64,000 nucleotides of DNA, from positions 128,001-192,000 of the forward strand of contig CAWAOD010000016.1 of NCBI GenBank assembly GCA_963783575.1, given 5' to 3'. Below are positions 41,001 to 47,491 of this stretch, piece by piece. The stretch comes from an uncultured Spirochaetota bacterium. GTDB taxonomy: Bacteria > Spirochaetota > Brevinematia > Brevinematales > JAOACQ01. The notes under the pieces were generated by a model. The model had not been told where the DNA came from. It saw only the letters and a program-made list of their open reading frames with translations, and ran no database searches. The position numbers and the translations under genes were made by a program. The number at the start of each line of letters is the position of its first letter. Positions within the stretch are counted from its first letter, which is position 1.

Positions 41001-41988
41001 AATTCTGTTTATTGTCCCAGACCGGATCTTTCGCGATACCGGTTATGCCCACATTTCCCGATATGTTTGTAGAAATGACATTTCCGGAATCGTCATATCC
41101 TTTAGGCGATGTGATCAGTGGTTTGATTCCGCCTTTAACCAGTTCGGCATAACGGGTAGCCCTGTTACCATGAATATCATCAGCTTCGATGATGAAGTCA
41201 TAAGTCCCGCATGGAAGCTCAACGCCGTTCGTTTTTCCATCCCAATTGAAGCTGTTCTCGCTTCCGTCGGCCTGGTTCATGCAGTTGCTGAATACAGCTA
41301 CCGCTTCGTTCGCGTACTTATCCAGAATGGTGATCTTTACATCGACTTTCCCCCGGTTGAGAGGGTAATCGTCATCTTCGGACAATTTATAATAAAGATT
41401 GGCAGTCCCATTGCTGCTCTGCATAATGAAAGGCATTGTATAAGCCTGATATATCACGGGGGCTTTCCGGTCTACTATTAGTGATGTTTCGCGCACCGGT
41501 CCAACATTCCCGGCCAGGTCGGCGGCCGCCATCATTACACGGTACTCGCCGTCTTCTATTCTCTGGAACGGGTCGTAGAAAGACCAGAGATTGGTCTGGG
41601 GAATTCCGAACTTTTCCTTCTCGATTAATGAACCGCTGTAATACCTTCTCCCGTCGTTTTTGTTCTCCAAAGTCATCCGGAAATAGCCTTCGTTGTTTGT
41701 AATCGTGCTGCCGGAATCGTTTAAGGTGAAGGAAACATGGTATAAATCTCCTTTTTCAGCCGTTATGGTTCCATCCAATTCAGATTGTTTAACTTCAAGT
41801 GCGGGAGGAACCGTATCGACAATGAAGTTTTTACTGTAAACGGAGCTGTTGCCGGCCTGGTCTACGGATGTTATGGTCACAGTGTGTACACCCTCGCCGG
41901 GGTTATAATTATTTGAGATATAAACATCAGGGCCTATAGAACAAAGGGTTTTGGCACGGACAACGCTTCCGTCTATTTTCATTTCCAT
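23062..41988 (-). CDS. Giant surface protein, C-terminal 6308-aa segment (Ig-like, FlgD-Ig, ZU5-like and LamG domains)
   Basis: Dozens of D-x-A-G-N / D-x-T-x-P Ig-like repeats; many WDG(K/R)..G...DGxY FlgD-Ig motifs; (F/I)SPNGD motifs; LamG (YLFNGNANDTSGNGNHG..FKGAIDDVRIFNRALS); C-terminal LamG-like domain (LDELRIY). No signal peptide and it starts mid-domain, so it is probably frameshifted from the upstream ORF. Confidence 0.9.
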   Translation of the reverse strand: MEMKIDGSVVRAKTLCSIGPDVYISNNYNPGEGVHTVTITSVDQAGNSSVYSKNFIVDTVPPALEVKQSELDGTITAEKGDLYHVSFTLNDSGSTITNNEGYFRMTLENKNDGRRYYSGSLIEKEKFGIPQTNLWSFYDPFQRIEDGEYRVMMAAADLAGNVGPVRETSLIVDRKAPVIYQAYTMPFIMQSSNGTANLYYKLSEDDDYPLNRGKVDVKITILDKYANEAVAVFSNCMNQADGSENSFNWDGKTNGVELPCGTYDFIIEADDIHGNRATRYAELVKGGIKPLITSPKGYDDSGNVISTNISGNVGITGIAKDPVWDNKQNFMNYAVYIKPGNQTMPDGLDHSVLTGEGWSDGDGALWVPELNRKAGETANISFRSVEENSLLGYLETAKLTNGDYTLLLVAREEPMSVLLASTSAPSLQELKGAQWADLSFIKITNAIEIPTDDSVSTVILQEVGVDKMNFIADGKNSVKLDYKLTLQNVSSADVNFGVYDQNSNNVCNSKKYNLNGKPYIQPTPDVTEGFNVYQDEAGWHIVMTNPGSSDMRFGGRVRAEEGIGGLKDNAISTRDHGITYRTENEFSFSYTVASDDSVKEAATSQYNIVTNKGTVITNTHKGQREIIFNTDADEVWFELLVNDQADPNFIYYDNGKHPVLESIFGDDNPYSASVGSLSNNIGFRLENARPAPSFTWDGKDIYGSLVNDGNYRLVLTAEGRDGKGFDKKNIDNLEVYSRIDITNIGLSSTNFDPFSTGINCTTLSFRVTKSAFVDITVMDTNNRDVCEIVKNTSVNGNYYNQVNYNGVKDSIGSPEFLDKGNYNFRIVAWDADHPDIAATNFIPFTLNPEEISGGLSPLLNVEGQSTNNENVVAVNGDARFKWVLKNVTGAYLPPLKVTYRLNARGSQAVVGYPFVPFVTEAYRWFDSAYVKVEGKYDFTRREVKKSFWGSVSTANDRKDTGSAGIEKVMGPGEHIHFSADNKIDNGDNGDWFDHRIGSVGCWPSGMYGLDDITVNGKNVHKTASGEDFRVENTDVGEWGDVGGYKYSHLVGNFDFTFDPNRRGNTMMNNVLNRFSQWASENKYYYGNQEDQNNKILKDSDETETNNVGPIYDSYTHFDISGSVIEEDGARHYYNWRIQGKNGYISHYVSMANDFDANVSKGKALCYEYDENANFNGFVPRNHVNFRFEGDNLEANKAYNVYFTQIPNTHTYIAHTDIDDKNDIVIDFPATLNQVANWNQSHNFNTNGDGCYDKYFASLHNAFLDPNNSQINYGGYGASYITASDVIELDNSKGDYSFNKTGLFANFNLNTSGPEGNIRNINLNNLGIAVDKVEPLDPEYAANQDYNKANSLMFTSSVDAGGSINCTGRTFSGLWYMSSDERLSPTGHTLVSGTNVICGKEFDGKAIRLNFKDSYPKQDSTGNDGLFWVTNGIVINNPWLIVDKDSVKADNIEFYYLNGEKNEDLCVSNVTIESGTNFANGYFLAALKPGREGQKVVEIRGSVNSAYELLYYDGNNFQSITNVPVVKVISNATLAYWNVRGLSGRYTILLKAYNNQGVKYAKQVVDIGEYKKPNTGSGNFLTSTPYKRVELVIPASVPDNTLVNVTPMGLDELKESEIGTKLPDISPIGPILKMEPSPYQFGDNPADWPRITVKYTWEEANQFGMINSSPAIYTISENGIEALNTTVLYLSWDTSSVDSSIQTNTQRPEKFNIIQLTASASHFSYFFVLNGTNFNLPAPQIRRDLIRDLDILPADQTFLNDKNKESLYYTKQTNISIAGIAAKGSGIPTNAVCFVSTDQRINSQSQGRSIGKSGILGDSGQQLTNCTADNNNTITTNIYPAGWFIFTNIILNEGTNYVAVKYDSENSPVDRIIVLQDSAGAKIDYFNASKYISPNGDGNKDLFTADYGLSKDSDVRFELYDRKGNTLYSETLSADSVDGIDSQTQVSNTITWDCMDNNGKVFPDGGYDYRFSTVDRIGNVNEGLVQSFIIDTVPPELKTDSDSCLVNQTGETKLHFTATKPVMINIEVYAADGSFVNGMNISDYKKDDEFALPSYDSTFNPLPDGEYTLRIHYEDEAGNKGLTKNIRIIIDRTAPAITEPVANPQKFIAGKIRTSFSFFTSEDGFADILLANNNGILGLILSNYSVYAGMNRIEWDGTLNNRPVYRGQYQALLSVSDKNGNRSAVKAGNIEAIVDNNEPGVVFLTLSTNRIGYTANKVGIIQMQYAVTDDITSIPDSSVRIIDKYGSEVAVLKPYQLELTNEVYWYGMDSNGQYVPDGTYYAKVEASDEAGNLMQSSQVQKILVDNISPALYKFNLLNSYISPQNPGGIQKAVFKMKAVDSDSINADISIRMYGMIVRNIFQGILSNNTEQTFEWDGRMDNGDFATDGSYELQITLEDPSGNVFSRKDKIIVDSVNPVSILLAKYDDPFSPNGDQMRDELPVITTVTDDISPVLFVRYEIFKQDGETIVRTIETNCVGFAAITNTWDGKDDTGRLVPDGIYRIQETCFDLAGNKSQPVSMECTVDTTPPVLPAAAAGNTIFSPGESTGFFDDVTVTNQTVTTETAFVTHNIEGDVFPYGYTAKGSGIYYRVTPADLTLTAYGKQTNYLVTNEWVTFNVKGLTSEYLFNGNANDTSGNGNHGSAYNAALTSDRFGNLNSAYDFNGINSFVQTPLNMGGLTGLTYSAWVKPTGSVSGTKQYTIISQYDGGTEYDVMKLFYNDNNDKKFQGQVCGGFYQGGTLVINPNVSDFNQWYFVVLAYDGTAPDYQRLKLYVNNSLVATSNGQSILKYNTQYKLRIGAKQDEVNFLFKGAIDDVRIFNRALSDSEISYLKDLSSYSHVMYGLTSTNAALLGKLSDIINIPPGDINNGNITISYTVDNSNKVTVKFYQGSQLPDNNILNGSSTATVNSSNPPNQWYVFAQVVNENNYSYVVKNITNRVQISTNLSALKPTIFDEDHYPSLFNSLNLKPVNGYFTGFDLSCAQNTIVFTATNTNSLGYLTGFTISNTYREDFTTSDINVENHGVSFSFSGDGNKEDIFKEYAYPASFDGTLIQMTNWSIDLYTYGTGSQHFSASNLYVSNITTSVSNNENGRKNGWFDVCAKSLGDIILHTYRSDEPTAAGDEYVDAWDGRNVNTGRIMPDGTYFSKVYTRDEAYNKNVKVTPLEIDDINPDIVISYPLSNSIVSDMIDILGTISDKHLSAYSITIANGGTSYPAADGINSTVSNSLLAQFDTLGLSGDSELIINAVDSVSNTNQVRIPFKVENNEDLIFKISKVENMIVSSAGSLAISFYHVANCSVNVKLDGTDVYNYVYSSQGTDLYTYQPVNLTNGDHTLEFTANCAGKTFTVKRAVSFTVDNILPSLTIANPGQNQIVRGMLDISGGIQDEHLTGYELYLKNDQTGIEERIAKGNNPIESGQIGAYDTYGVNTSAPLAPADGFELRLTAYDIAGNTNEKTLKFLVDNAKPFADIIAGNGRLSSLTAVSRIPVVIQDANIDGAQAGWIDQDGKFNLIQNISGLIPDYSGTVAWNCANLNGLYTMRLIAFDKAGNTNIIDQPFMVDNNPPEIRNIITGGIQNKLRVSADLSDNDSLAYYEIGINGSGRYQKYTGENLATNRFSIDFENDFTGLNDNGQYTLIIQAADIAGNTNTTNISIIVDREPPLTVITSPDNNGVCGGTFTLKGNILDNYPKSWNILLDGEIVQSGILNNNSNAVTADIDTTSGKVPDGEHTITLNAEDWAGNISSDYRKVIIDNIVPALSFRPDRNDAVLAGNIDFYVTINDQNPLKYRIYYTNGTEITITSNLMDSSFIDRYVCSFDTAKAMLNGTFEFILEASDKAGNINRTSLPLDIDNTPPAVQLNRIDGNNTFGTAFPGDLKVKGLMQIEFTVSDTHSINYTLSSDSEKAGGFIDKSGTTNIIINSDLLPEGTNTIRIQSLDAAGNTSIFTTNVIVDRTPPFIYVEAQPEIYSSTMENSLLWIKITNDEKIRVQKVEIEGTNYAGVYQTAVIASNGISDNAWDYYWDGKVGGVPLLQGDYRLKVTAIDSVSNGSISYSGVVKVRNDIYPPALAVKSISRTLSPGISRIFMEYNAVNDANDITNLVVSHLSIEGPGNGYQEMLCSTNTQGDITLSWDGKQKDGSYFSDGTYNARLSVCDFTGNITNYDFTITIDSMPPQINDVTLSAVKISQNSPSVNHSVISLNYSDNYRLDRSIYSIYDGNWMCSSETNRTDTNQLNQNYVYTADYDGMKILEFKLVDSASNTAIFTTNLLVDNTPPLVNQTFSGSQSLKFDFTVTNIAAYSSTNYNIYLGGTYFTNLPDLSGLDPGSISNLNFTVTTNIENIPAHTQTNLTKYSFFVSTNAGVSIYSDDPDLKGLYYSIVPRGTEPVLKDYTKGDVIPFYGYTNGFYTLYDAGVDDVDNWATNSMDIFIDGIAPVLKVVYTSNLIEPMNIMGEKYISPANRFNADIKEDSGIERIILSIRGISNNIFIETNFYTYYTNGNGISFSDLGIYSKGLYEIVFNAMDLVSNESAVTDYVNIPLPDTTPPVSWIALRGDFTTNGSMILANSNVTIVLDAKDDMGEYDGYVSGVDKIEYRIDNDEWITYTVPLKFIDDGLHDFSFRAIDKIGNNEDIHYYTVKINNSEPGITNFTSLVLNHTNIIYEWKDLNNVPAGNYEFSVSGQVQNISANHTILSNIKLTAGQALNITAKVRAWSDYGMPGNWMTITNTLDDLIEIVRPATNFYSQAIPFDVKFHSDERAKKKLDYLPLDSTKLSFVPEDWLGLYNDRNYNKRSELWEYIGETPHYGSTERLNDGIYLVKAEYKDGKGNFRQDSGIGLADSTKPVINFTIGNGKLTNNVFKTLTNSILLMSGEDPAVNGVSSGIRKVWYDIAKVDESHYRDVVNDAWRWRWHDFDYDVQDITGFRWDKDILDKDFVYSGFEKPVELKKGFYFIAAISEDNANNGYLYREEYGTNERFSGNFSKPYYLFIEVCDTTNDGGKIPPLAIVIDTNAPVISVTGIEDAHYYSNNAVITVKSTDAHLDSSRVVMDSAIIETNSFTVSAEGVHTLEVTASDTFMNTNSVLFTFTIDKTKPEIDVSGLSETNYTSSVEFGYLVSDVNLDKVDAQLNGQALGTNHYKISASGSYNLSVKAVDKAGNSSEYFKTFTVNTGGSDNIAPVVTLKGLKPDQYYSNDISLSISVWDENLLESATYASIDGKIYYLTSIPFSTNINLEGSHHLLIHAEDSYSNTTVIDRIFVIDRTAPVIGITGAEEGNFYNSDKTISVNILEDNPAGSSVYLNGITVPTGQFTVSGSGKQQILAIAWDKVNHTNTASLSFVIDKTKPVITVTGLDATVYSNAVQLGYTAADDNLSAITAALNNQVLSTNIYSITKAGNYTLTIDAQDKAGNEAVLTKNFIVIDSIPPEITISGLDNGKYYGNDVNLSIRVSDANLSGSTCCAVIDGKTNILNGTTFVTAVTQEGTHHLAVYAGDIFSNCSETEKEFIIDKTAPAIQIDGAVNNKYYNTDVSVNMFAADANLSGSLIVIDQKTNGNGLCMVTNEGIHRIEAAAWDVVNHTNRVNLSFVIDKTKPVITVTGLEATVYSNTVQLGYTAADDNLSAITAALNNQVLSTNIYSVTKAGNYTLTIDAQDKAGNEAVLTKNFIVIDSIPPEITISGLDNGKYYGNDVNLSIRVSDANLSGSACCAVIDGKTNILNGTTFVTAVTQEGTHHLAVYAGDIFSNCSETEKEFIIDKTAPAIQIDGAINNKYYNTDVSVNMFAADANLSGSLIVIDQKTNGNGLCMVTNEGIHRIEAAAWDVVNHTNRVNLSFVIDKTKPVITVTGLDSEEFFKPVEFSYAVLDENISETEAFLNGMPLTANSVKITMAGSYIFSVRAVDKAGNETDVVKEFLLHDTTPPSISVSGLTEKKYYSNDIYLTVQIDDPNLSLSNTTVSIDGKLYGLMNGQATAIINTEGNHILNIYAEDIYTNIASVYREFVIDKKPPKINIINVIDKHNYLSVSPVVSVKDDFTVKPVFEEYLKKSDEKWILYTNWIITNSGNYQLLVYAEDEAGNHSTNQVAFNIVKDYEQTLLLYSGFEYYDCSYVPYGKDWKWEPNLTNEPYYIFSDHYLGITAHKDYSPGIIYGMATNELINPVKSSIEFMMQDNLPDNSMKPSARMTLFEIRSDTTSLFSIYLDPRYGISIGLGQTNYYLTNNDDGADDKDGKDHDDDHHQNWHRIRVNYDLSSSGNTPYIQFYIDDILKQTFFTRTNQSVYSDKNGKLYFGFSETDSFNPKEYFYLDELRIYEDVTGKRNDDDWEEGRE
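24500..26016. repeat. 738-bp (246-aa) near-identical tandem duplication within the giant gene
   Basis: CCTGTGACCGTAAT recurs at 24500, 25238 and 25976. The two 246-aa units differ at five residues (D/E, A/T, I/V, T/A, V/I). Confidence 0.95.
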
Positions 41989-44900
41989 ACTGCCGAAGCA
42001 TGGGTATAGGTGTGTCTTTCAGTTTGTAAGCGACCATCAATGTTTGATTATGGTTTACGATGCCGATATTTTCAATATCGGCGATCGGCGGGGTGGTATC
42101 GTTATAAAATCCGGTGACCGTGGTCGATTGATTGCCCATCATATCAATAGTCTCAATCATTACTGCATATTCCCCTTCCGGTATTATATTTTCCTTTTTC
42201 TGAAGAGGGAAGGAAACATTCCAGGATGTCGCATCGTTCTGGCTGATCGTGTAATCCGTCACCGGAGTCCAGTCATCATAGTAACCGCTGACCGTTTCCT
42301 GCATCCATGGGATAGAAAGCCGCTTGAGGTAGATCTTTAAATTATCCCGTTTCAATTCGGCTCCCATATCGGAATTGTAAACACCGACCGCAATTTCAGG
42401 ATTCTGTGTTCTATTGAGATTGACTACGTCAAATATCTTCGGATAAATAGGGTAAGCTTGCATCGGCATCATATCGAGAAAGATTTCAAAAGCATAACTC
42501 CCAATTTCCCCAGCGATTACTTCATTGCCCGACCTGTTTTTATATGCCAGGCAAGTGGTAAAGGCGATGACATTCCTTCCTTCCAGAAGATGCAAGCCCG
42601 ACAGTTTAAATTCACCCTTCGCGCTCAATGGGACTTCTTTATAATCGCTGTAATTGATTGAATACATAAGTTTTCCAAGCTGCGGAATGTTTGCCCGGAC
42701 AATCCCTTCTATTGAGTTGACGAACTCATTCAGCATGACATTTTCAACCGATGTAACCTGGCCGCTCCTTGAATTGAGGAGGGTTTGTATTCCCAATTTT
42801 CCTTCAGTAAACTTATACTGGCTAACCGGATTCCCATTTATCTTGAGGAGTAAAACCGGCGGGGCTTCCCCGCCCAATTTACTTAGGGTCAGGTTTTCAT
42901 TCGTTACGATTTTGTCGAAACTTCCCGTGATACCCCCGCCGCCACTCTGTCCGCCCTGCAGGCCGAATATTTTAGTCATGATCAGTTCGCCGCCTTCACT
43001 CTTCAGATCGGTGTTTTTAAGATAATCCGTCGCGAGTAAAGCGGCTGTTCCCATAATCGCGGCACCGGCAAAGCCGGGTGGGATTGGCACCGATACCGAT
43101 ATGTTTGGTACCGGAAGGATGCAATCCACTAATGTGGAAACCTTGTCCTGGATGATTTGTTTGGTCGCCGCGTTAAGATAGCTGACTCCCCTGTCGTATA
43201 GTCCCTGCACAAAAAGAATCGGGCGTTGTTTGATGTTTTCCAGCATTGAAACAAGACTGCTGCCTGAATAGTTCAGGTTGTTGTAAAGCTTTTCCATCCC
43301 CGAAACCTCGTCCAGAATTGAAGAAACATCCCCCTGCAGAAACGCCAGGTAGGAATCTATAAAATAGGAGAAAGCGTCGAGATGGCCACTGTTAGACAAT
43401 TCGGTCTCATTCGTTAGATCACTGAAAAACCCCCTGATTTCATTATTATCAAAAATGACTGAAATACAGGAAGAGGTATTCTTTATACCGTCCACGGTGC
43501 TGTCAACCTGATCGGCAATTTGTCCGGCCTGATCCATGTAACTTTGAAGTTCATTATAAAGGTTGTTAACGCCGTATTCATTTCCCAGCTGGTAAAAAGC
43601 GGTTTGAATTATTTCACTATAAGCATCTTGCACCATTTGTCCTGCCATACTTGAGAAATTAGGGAATATTTGCCGTATCCAATCCGGTGTATTTCCGCCG
43701 GATAGGGAATTCTCCACAGCACTTTTTATTTTACTACCGTTCAGCCATTCCCTGCCGTCGGATATAAGAGACCTGACGGTAGGACTAATTGATTTGATCT
43801 GACTGCCGATCTCAGAAATCTTATCCCCCATAACCTGAAACTGTCCACCGTAAACATCCGCAAAGGTACTATATCCTCCGGATAGTCCCGGCGTTGTCAG
43901 GATAAGATCCTTCAAACGCTTATATGCCTGGCTCCTCACTTGCTGAGGCGTACTTGAAGTGAACCGGCGGATAACCATCAAGGCATTCTTGACCTCATTC
44001 AGTTTGGACTCGATTACGGTAATGCCGCTTCCTGTTTTTTTAGTAACGATAGTCCCAATATCATCATCAGCAATTTCAAAGCAGCTGTCCGAAACCGTTT
44101 TAAGCTGATTTTCTATCTTCAGCCAGAGAGGAGTATAAACCATATTGTTCAACGCCTCTTCCGCGTATTCGGAAGCTATTTTTCCAAGCTCTTCATCCAG
44201 GTTGTTAAACACTTTACTGTCTGTTGAGAAGAGTTTGGTACCCGTATAAAGGCCGGCAAAGCCGCCGGCCCCTGCAAATACAACTACGCCGGCCTGGAAC
44301 AAAAACGGCATGTCGGGCCAGAATGCCGAGCTCGTACTTGAAACCTCTACCCCAATGTCTTCCGGGTTAAAGTTCCGGATGGAATTCATTAAAGAACTGT
44401 TGGCGTCCACGCTTAAGGCCGAGTCAGCCCTGCCCAGGAGGATAGAGATATAATTGAACGGATTTATAATATCGTCGTTTCGTACGATTTTTTTTACCGT
44501 ATCTTCTATATCCATTCCTGTAAGGGTTCTTATAATATCATTCGGTTTGATGTTGGTATCGATGCCTATCGGATTAAGATCGATATTGACGGATGAGAGA
44601 AGCCCCAATACCGGTGCGATCGTCAGGTATGCCGCGTAGGATTGCGCAGCCATACTGATAGAGTTGTAACCGTTTGCGGGCACTCCGATCTCGATAATCT
44701 TCGAAATCCTGGGAGCGGCCATCCGCTGCCCTGCGGGAAGGTCCTTTTCGTCCAGAAGCATTTTACGAACCCAGATACCGGCCTTACCCCATGTCGACAA
44801 AACAATCTTCCCTCCGCCAGCGGAATTATAGTAATCGATCACCGCCTTCCGGATCTTATCCACAGCTGCCTTTCCGCTATCACGCTCGTCTTCCGGTGTT

Positions 44901-47491
44901 ATGGAAATGCTTTTTGCGTTCACACCCTTTCCTACAAGTACATATTTCACCGGATCAATCTCAACCCCGCCTGCCGAAATACCCGGCGCAACAATCAGGC
45001 ACTTGTCTGAAACACCCAATACGTCGTAAAGAGCCTTCTTTGCGGTTTCCTCGACGATTTTATCGACATTAAAATCAATGCCGTCAACCCAGCTGTTGCC
45101 TGCGTCGTCTGCTGCCTCGACAGTAAAGACGCCTGAAAGTCCCTGAGCGAGTTTGCCTTTTCCCTCCAGGAACTCTTTAAGGTCCCATAGAATGGTGAAT
45201 TTACCGGTATTGGTATCAAAACTCACCGGTATCCCGGATATGGTTTCAACCGTTACATCGCCGAAATTTCCGGTCAAAATCCTGTCCGCATTATGTACGA
45301 CAAATTCCCATTTATTAAGCTCCTCGCCAGTGGACTTGTCCTTCGACGTTACGGAAACATGAATATTCCGGGAAAGATTATCGGAAAGGGTTAACACCAG
45401 CGCGTTTCCCAGCCCCTGCATAATGTCGCTGAAAAGATCGCCTAGACTGAATGTAAATGTGGGCGGGGTGTAGTCAATGGCAAAATCGGGGGATAGAAAA
45501 CAGCCGTCCTGGTTAAGATCGTCTTCCGGGGGATTTACATTATCCGCTAATAAAACCATATCGTTTTTAAACTTTGTTATTCCCCCCGAACTGGCAAGAT
45601 AGGAAAGCCTGTGGAAGGTTACACTATCCGCCATTAATAAAGCCAGTTTATATCTTCCGTTTGGAATTATGTTGTTATTCGCCTGAAGATTTATCGAACC
45701 GCTGTTCCAGCCATATTCTGCTGTATTATTCCTAATTTCTCCTTTAGTTAAAGGATTTCCCCATTTTATTCCATTGCCTGAGCTTACAATTTCTATTCCT
45801 CCGATATTACGTACATTGCCAAGAAAACTTTGAAACGCGTCTTTTCTCCCTTTATCATCTATACTGGATGCATAATCGCTTAAATAAGCATCTCTTTTTA
45901 AATAAAAATCATTAACTTTGTTATTGTCCGGGTTATCCGGTATTAAAAAAGCGAAGGTATTTCCTTTGTCCAATGTTTTGTCGTCATCCGCTTTAAGTTT
46001 GATTGTAATATTTTCCTTACCGATATCACTAAACAGCCTGGCTATGCCGTTGCAGGCGTTATTTATTTTCCTGAAATCCCATTCCCCAAGATTCCCTCTT
46101 TTATCGCTGACTGTATTAAAATAAGTCAAGACAGGCATCTCGTTGTCAAAACATAAGGGCAGGTACATTGGAGTTGAATGCTCGTAGTTAATGAATGCAA
46201 AGCTGCTTTGTGACGCCGAACCTGTATCGATTCCCACTTCAGTCTGAGGATCTGAGTCTACTTCGTTATTAGCCATGTCATGACCGCTCAGAAATATACC
46301 GGTTTTGTTTAAAAGAATATCTGCGCTCATCTCTATATTTTTCGCATCCATCCACATCATGTTTTCCGATTTAATGCTGTTATAAACATCAGCCGGCATG
46401 ATATTCCCAAGAATCAACCCGGTCTGGCTGATATCCGGGAAAGAACTTGGCGCCAGATTGACCAGGAAATTATCCGAGGGATTGACATTCCATCCGGTTA
46501 ATTTTGCCAGCCATTCTTCTGCCTCCGTCAGATTCAGGTTTAAATCCGATTTGCAGAATGTCAGGCTTCCATCCTTCATCCCGGCCGGGGACCGGCTTTT
46601 AAAACCGGCGTATAGCTGCAATGTAATATTACCGTCGCCATCCGCGAGAGACTTTATTTTCTTTCCGTCGGCCACGTTCACAAAAGACGAAATCCATTTT
46701 CCGCCGTTGTTTTTATAGAAATAATAATATGCAAGAATTTCTCCGCTTCCCGACGCAATGATCACCGCCCGGACCGATGCCGGGTAATAGCCCGTGTAGC
46801 GGTAGAAGATGAAAGTTGCATTATCAGAAAAATTCATTTCCTGGCGGAAACCATCCTGCTTACTTAGGTAAGTATGTGTGCCTGAAACCCAGCTTGTATT
46901 GGTCGCGGCAGCATAGAGACTAATGCTGGATAACCCGCTATTATTTCCGACCGGTTGCCAGCCGGTCTGGCTGTTAAACGAAAAAGGCCCATACTCAAAA
47001 GGATTTGAGTCACCTGATGAAAGAATAGTATCCTGTTTCTGCCCGTTTATTGATAGGTAGACATTATCCCATTTTTGATCCGCTGTCTTTTCCGCCTTCG
47101 TCAATATTCTGGAACCTGAACGAATCCGAAGCTGGAAATCAATGGAACTGCTCGCGCTGTCTATCAGATAATTATTTTGATCCAGCTGCTTCGCATTCGC
47201 CGGTGGTGTCAGGACAAATTGCGGATAGGGGGAATAATTATCAAACCCCTTTCTACTATCATAAACTGTACTGTCATGTTTTGGAAAATAAATTTCACTT
47301 TTATTACTAGCTAATCTAACCATTTCACCCTGTCTTTTGATAGCTGCAGGCGGTACTCTTGTATTGGCATCTAATAATTGCTGTATTTGATTTAATACAT
47401 TATTTTCTCCATAAAAAAATCCCGGAATTAAACCCATCTTGAGCTTCATAAATAATACCATATTTATGTTCTTTATCCTGCCAACCGCCAA
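41927..47491 (-). CDS. Giant surface protein, middle segment (Ig-like domains, degenerate alpha/beta-hydrolase, helical and hydrophobic region)
   Basis: Ig-like motifs (DYTPPTF, AADDAGNS, TIDMMGN, NDTTPP); lipase-like IVAPGIS / KIVLSTWGKAG / KIIEIGVPANG; hydrophobic QAGVVVFAGAGGFAGL and GFAGAAIMGTAALLA. Overlaps both neighbouring ORFs at frameshift-like junctions. Confidence 0.85.
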   Translation of the reverse strand: MAVGRIKNINMVLFMKLKMGLIPGFFYGENNVLNQIQQLLDANTRVPPAAIKRQGEMVRLASNKSEIYFPKHDSTVYDSRKGFDNYSPYPQFVLTPPANAKQLDQNNYLIDSASSSIDFQLRIRSGSRILTKAEKTADQKWDNVYLSINGQKQDTILSSGDSNPFEYGPFSFNSQTGWQPVGNNSGLSSISLYAAATNTSWVSGTHTYLSKQDGFRQEMNFSDNATFIFYRYTGYYPASVRAVIIASGSGEILAYYYFYKNNGGKWISSFVNVADGKKIKSLADGDGNITLQLYAGFKSRSPAGMKDGSLTFCKSDLNLNLTEAEEWLAKLTGWNVNPSDNFLVNLAPSSFPDISQTGLILGNIMPADVYNSIKSENMMWMDAKNIEMSADILLNKTGIFLSGHDMANNEVDSDPQTEVGIDTGSASQSSFAFINYEHSTPMYLPLCFDNEMPVLTYFNTVSDKRGNLGEWDFRKINNACNGIARLFSDIGKENITIKLKADDDKTLDKGNTFAFLIPDNPDNNKVNDFYLKRDAYLSDYASSIDDKGRKDAFQSFLGNVRNIGGIEIVSSGNGIKWGNPLTKGEIRNNTAEYGWNSGSINLQANNNIIPNGRYKLALLMADSVTFHRLSYLASSGGITKFKNDMVLLADNVNPPEDDLNQDGCFLSPDFAIDYTPPTFTFSLGDLFSDIMQGLGNALVLTLSDNLSRNIHVSVTSKDKSTGEELNKWEFVVHNADRILTGNFGDVTVETISGIPVSFDTNTGKFTILWDLKEFLEGKGKLAQGLSGVFTVEAADDAGNSWVDGIDFNVDKIVEETAKKALYDVLGVSDKCLIVAPGISAGGVEIDPVKYVLVGKGVNAKSISITPEDERDSGKAAVDKIRKAVIDYYNSAGGGKIVLSTWGKAGIWVRKMLLDEKDLPAGQRMAAPRISKIIEIGVPANGYNSISMAAQSYAAYLTIAPVLGLLSSVNIDLNPIGIDTNIKPNDIIRTLTGMDIEDTVKKIVRNDDIINPFNYISILLGRADSALSVDANSSLMNSIRNFNPEDIGVEVSSTSSAFWPDMPFLFQAGVVVFAGAGGFAGLYTGTKLFSTDSKVFNNLDEELGKIASEYAEEALNNMVYTPLWLKIENQLKTVSDSCFEIADDDIGTIVTKKTGSGITVIESKLNEVKNALMVIRRFTSSTPQQVRSQAYKRLKDLILTTPGLSGGYSTFADVYGGQFQVMGDKISEIGSQIKSISPTVRSLISDGREWLNGSKIKSAVENSLSGGNTPDWIRQIFPNFSSMAGQMVQDAYSEIIQTAFYQLGNEYGVNNLYNELQSYMDQAGQIADQVDSTVDGIKNTSSCISVIFDNNEIRGFFSDLTNETELSNSGHLDAFSYFIDSYLAFLQGDVSSILDEVSGMEKLYNNLNYSGSSLVSMLENIKQRPILFVQGLYDRGVSYLNAATKQIIQDKVSTLVDCILPVPNISVSVPIPPGFAGAAIMGTAALLATDYLKNTDLKSEGGELIMTKIFGLQGGQSGGGGITGSFDKIVTNENLTLSKLGGEAPPVLLLKINGNPVSQYKFTEGKLGIQTLLNSRSGQVTSVENVMLNEFVNSIEGIVRANIPQLGKLMYSINYSDYKEVPLSAKGEFKLSGLHLLEGRNVIAFTTCLAYKNRSGNEVIAGEIGSYAFEIFLDMMPMQAYPIYPKIFDVVNLNRTQNPEIAVGVYNSDMGAELKRDNLKIYLKRLSIPWMQETVSGYYDDWTPVTDYTISQNDATSWNVSFPLQKKENIIPEGEYAVMIETIDMMGNQSTTVTGFYNDTTPPIADIENIGIVNHNQTLMVAYKLKDTPIPMLRQYGNENRRKRCPCQNPLFYRP

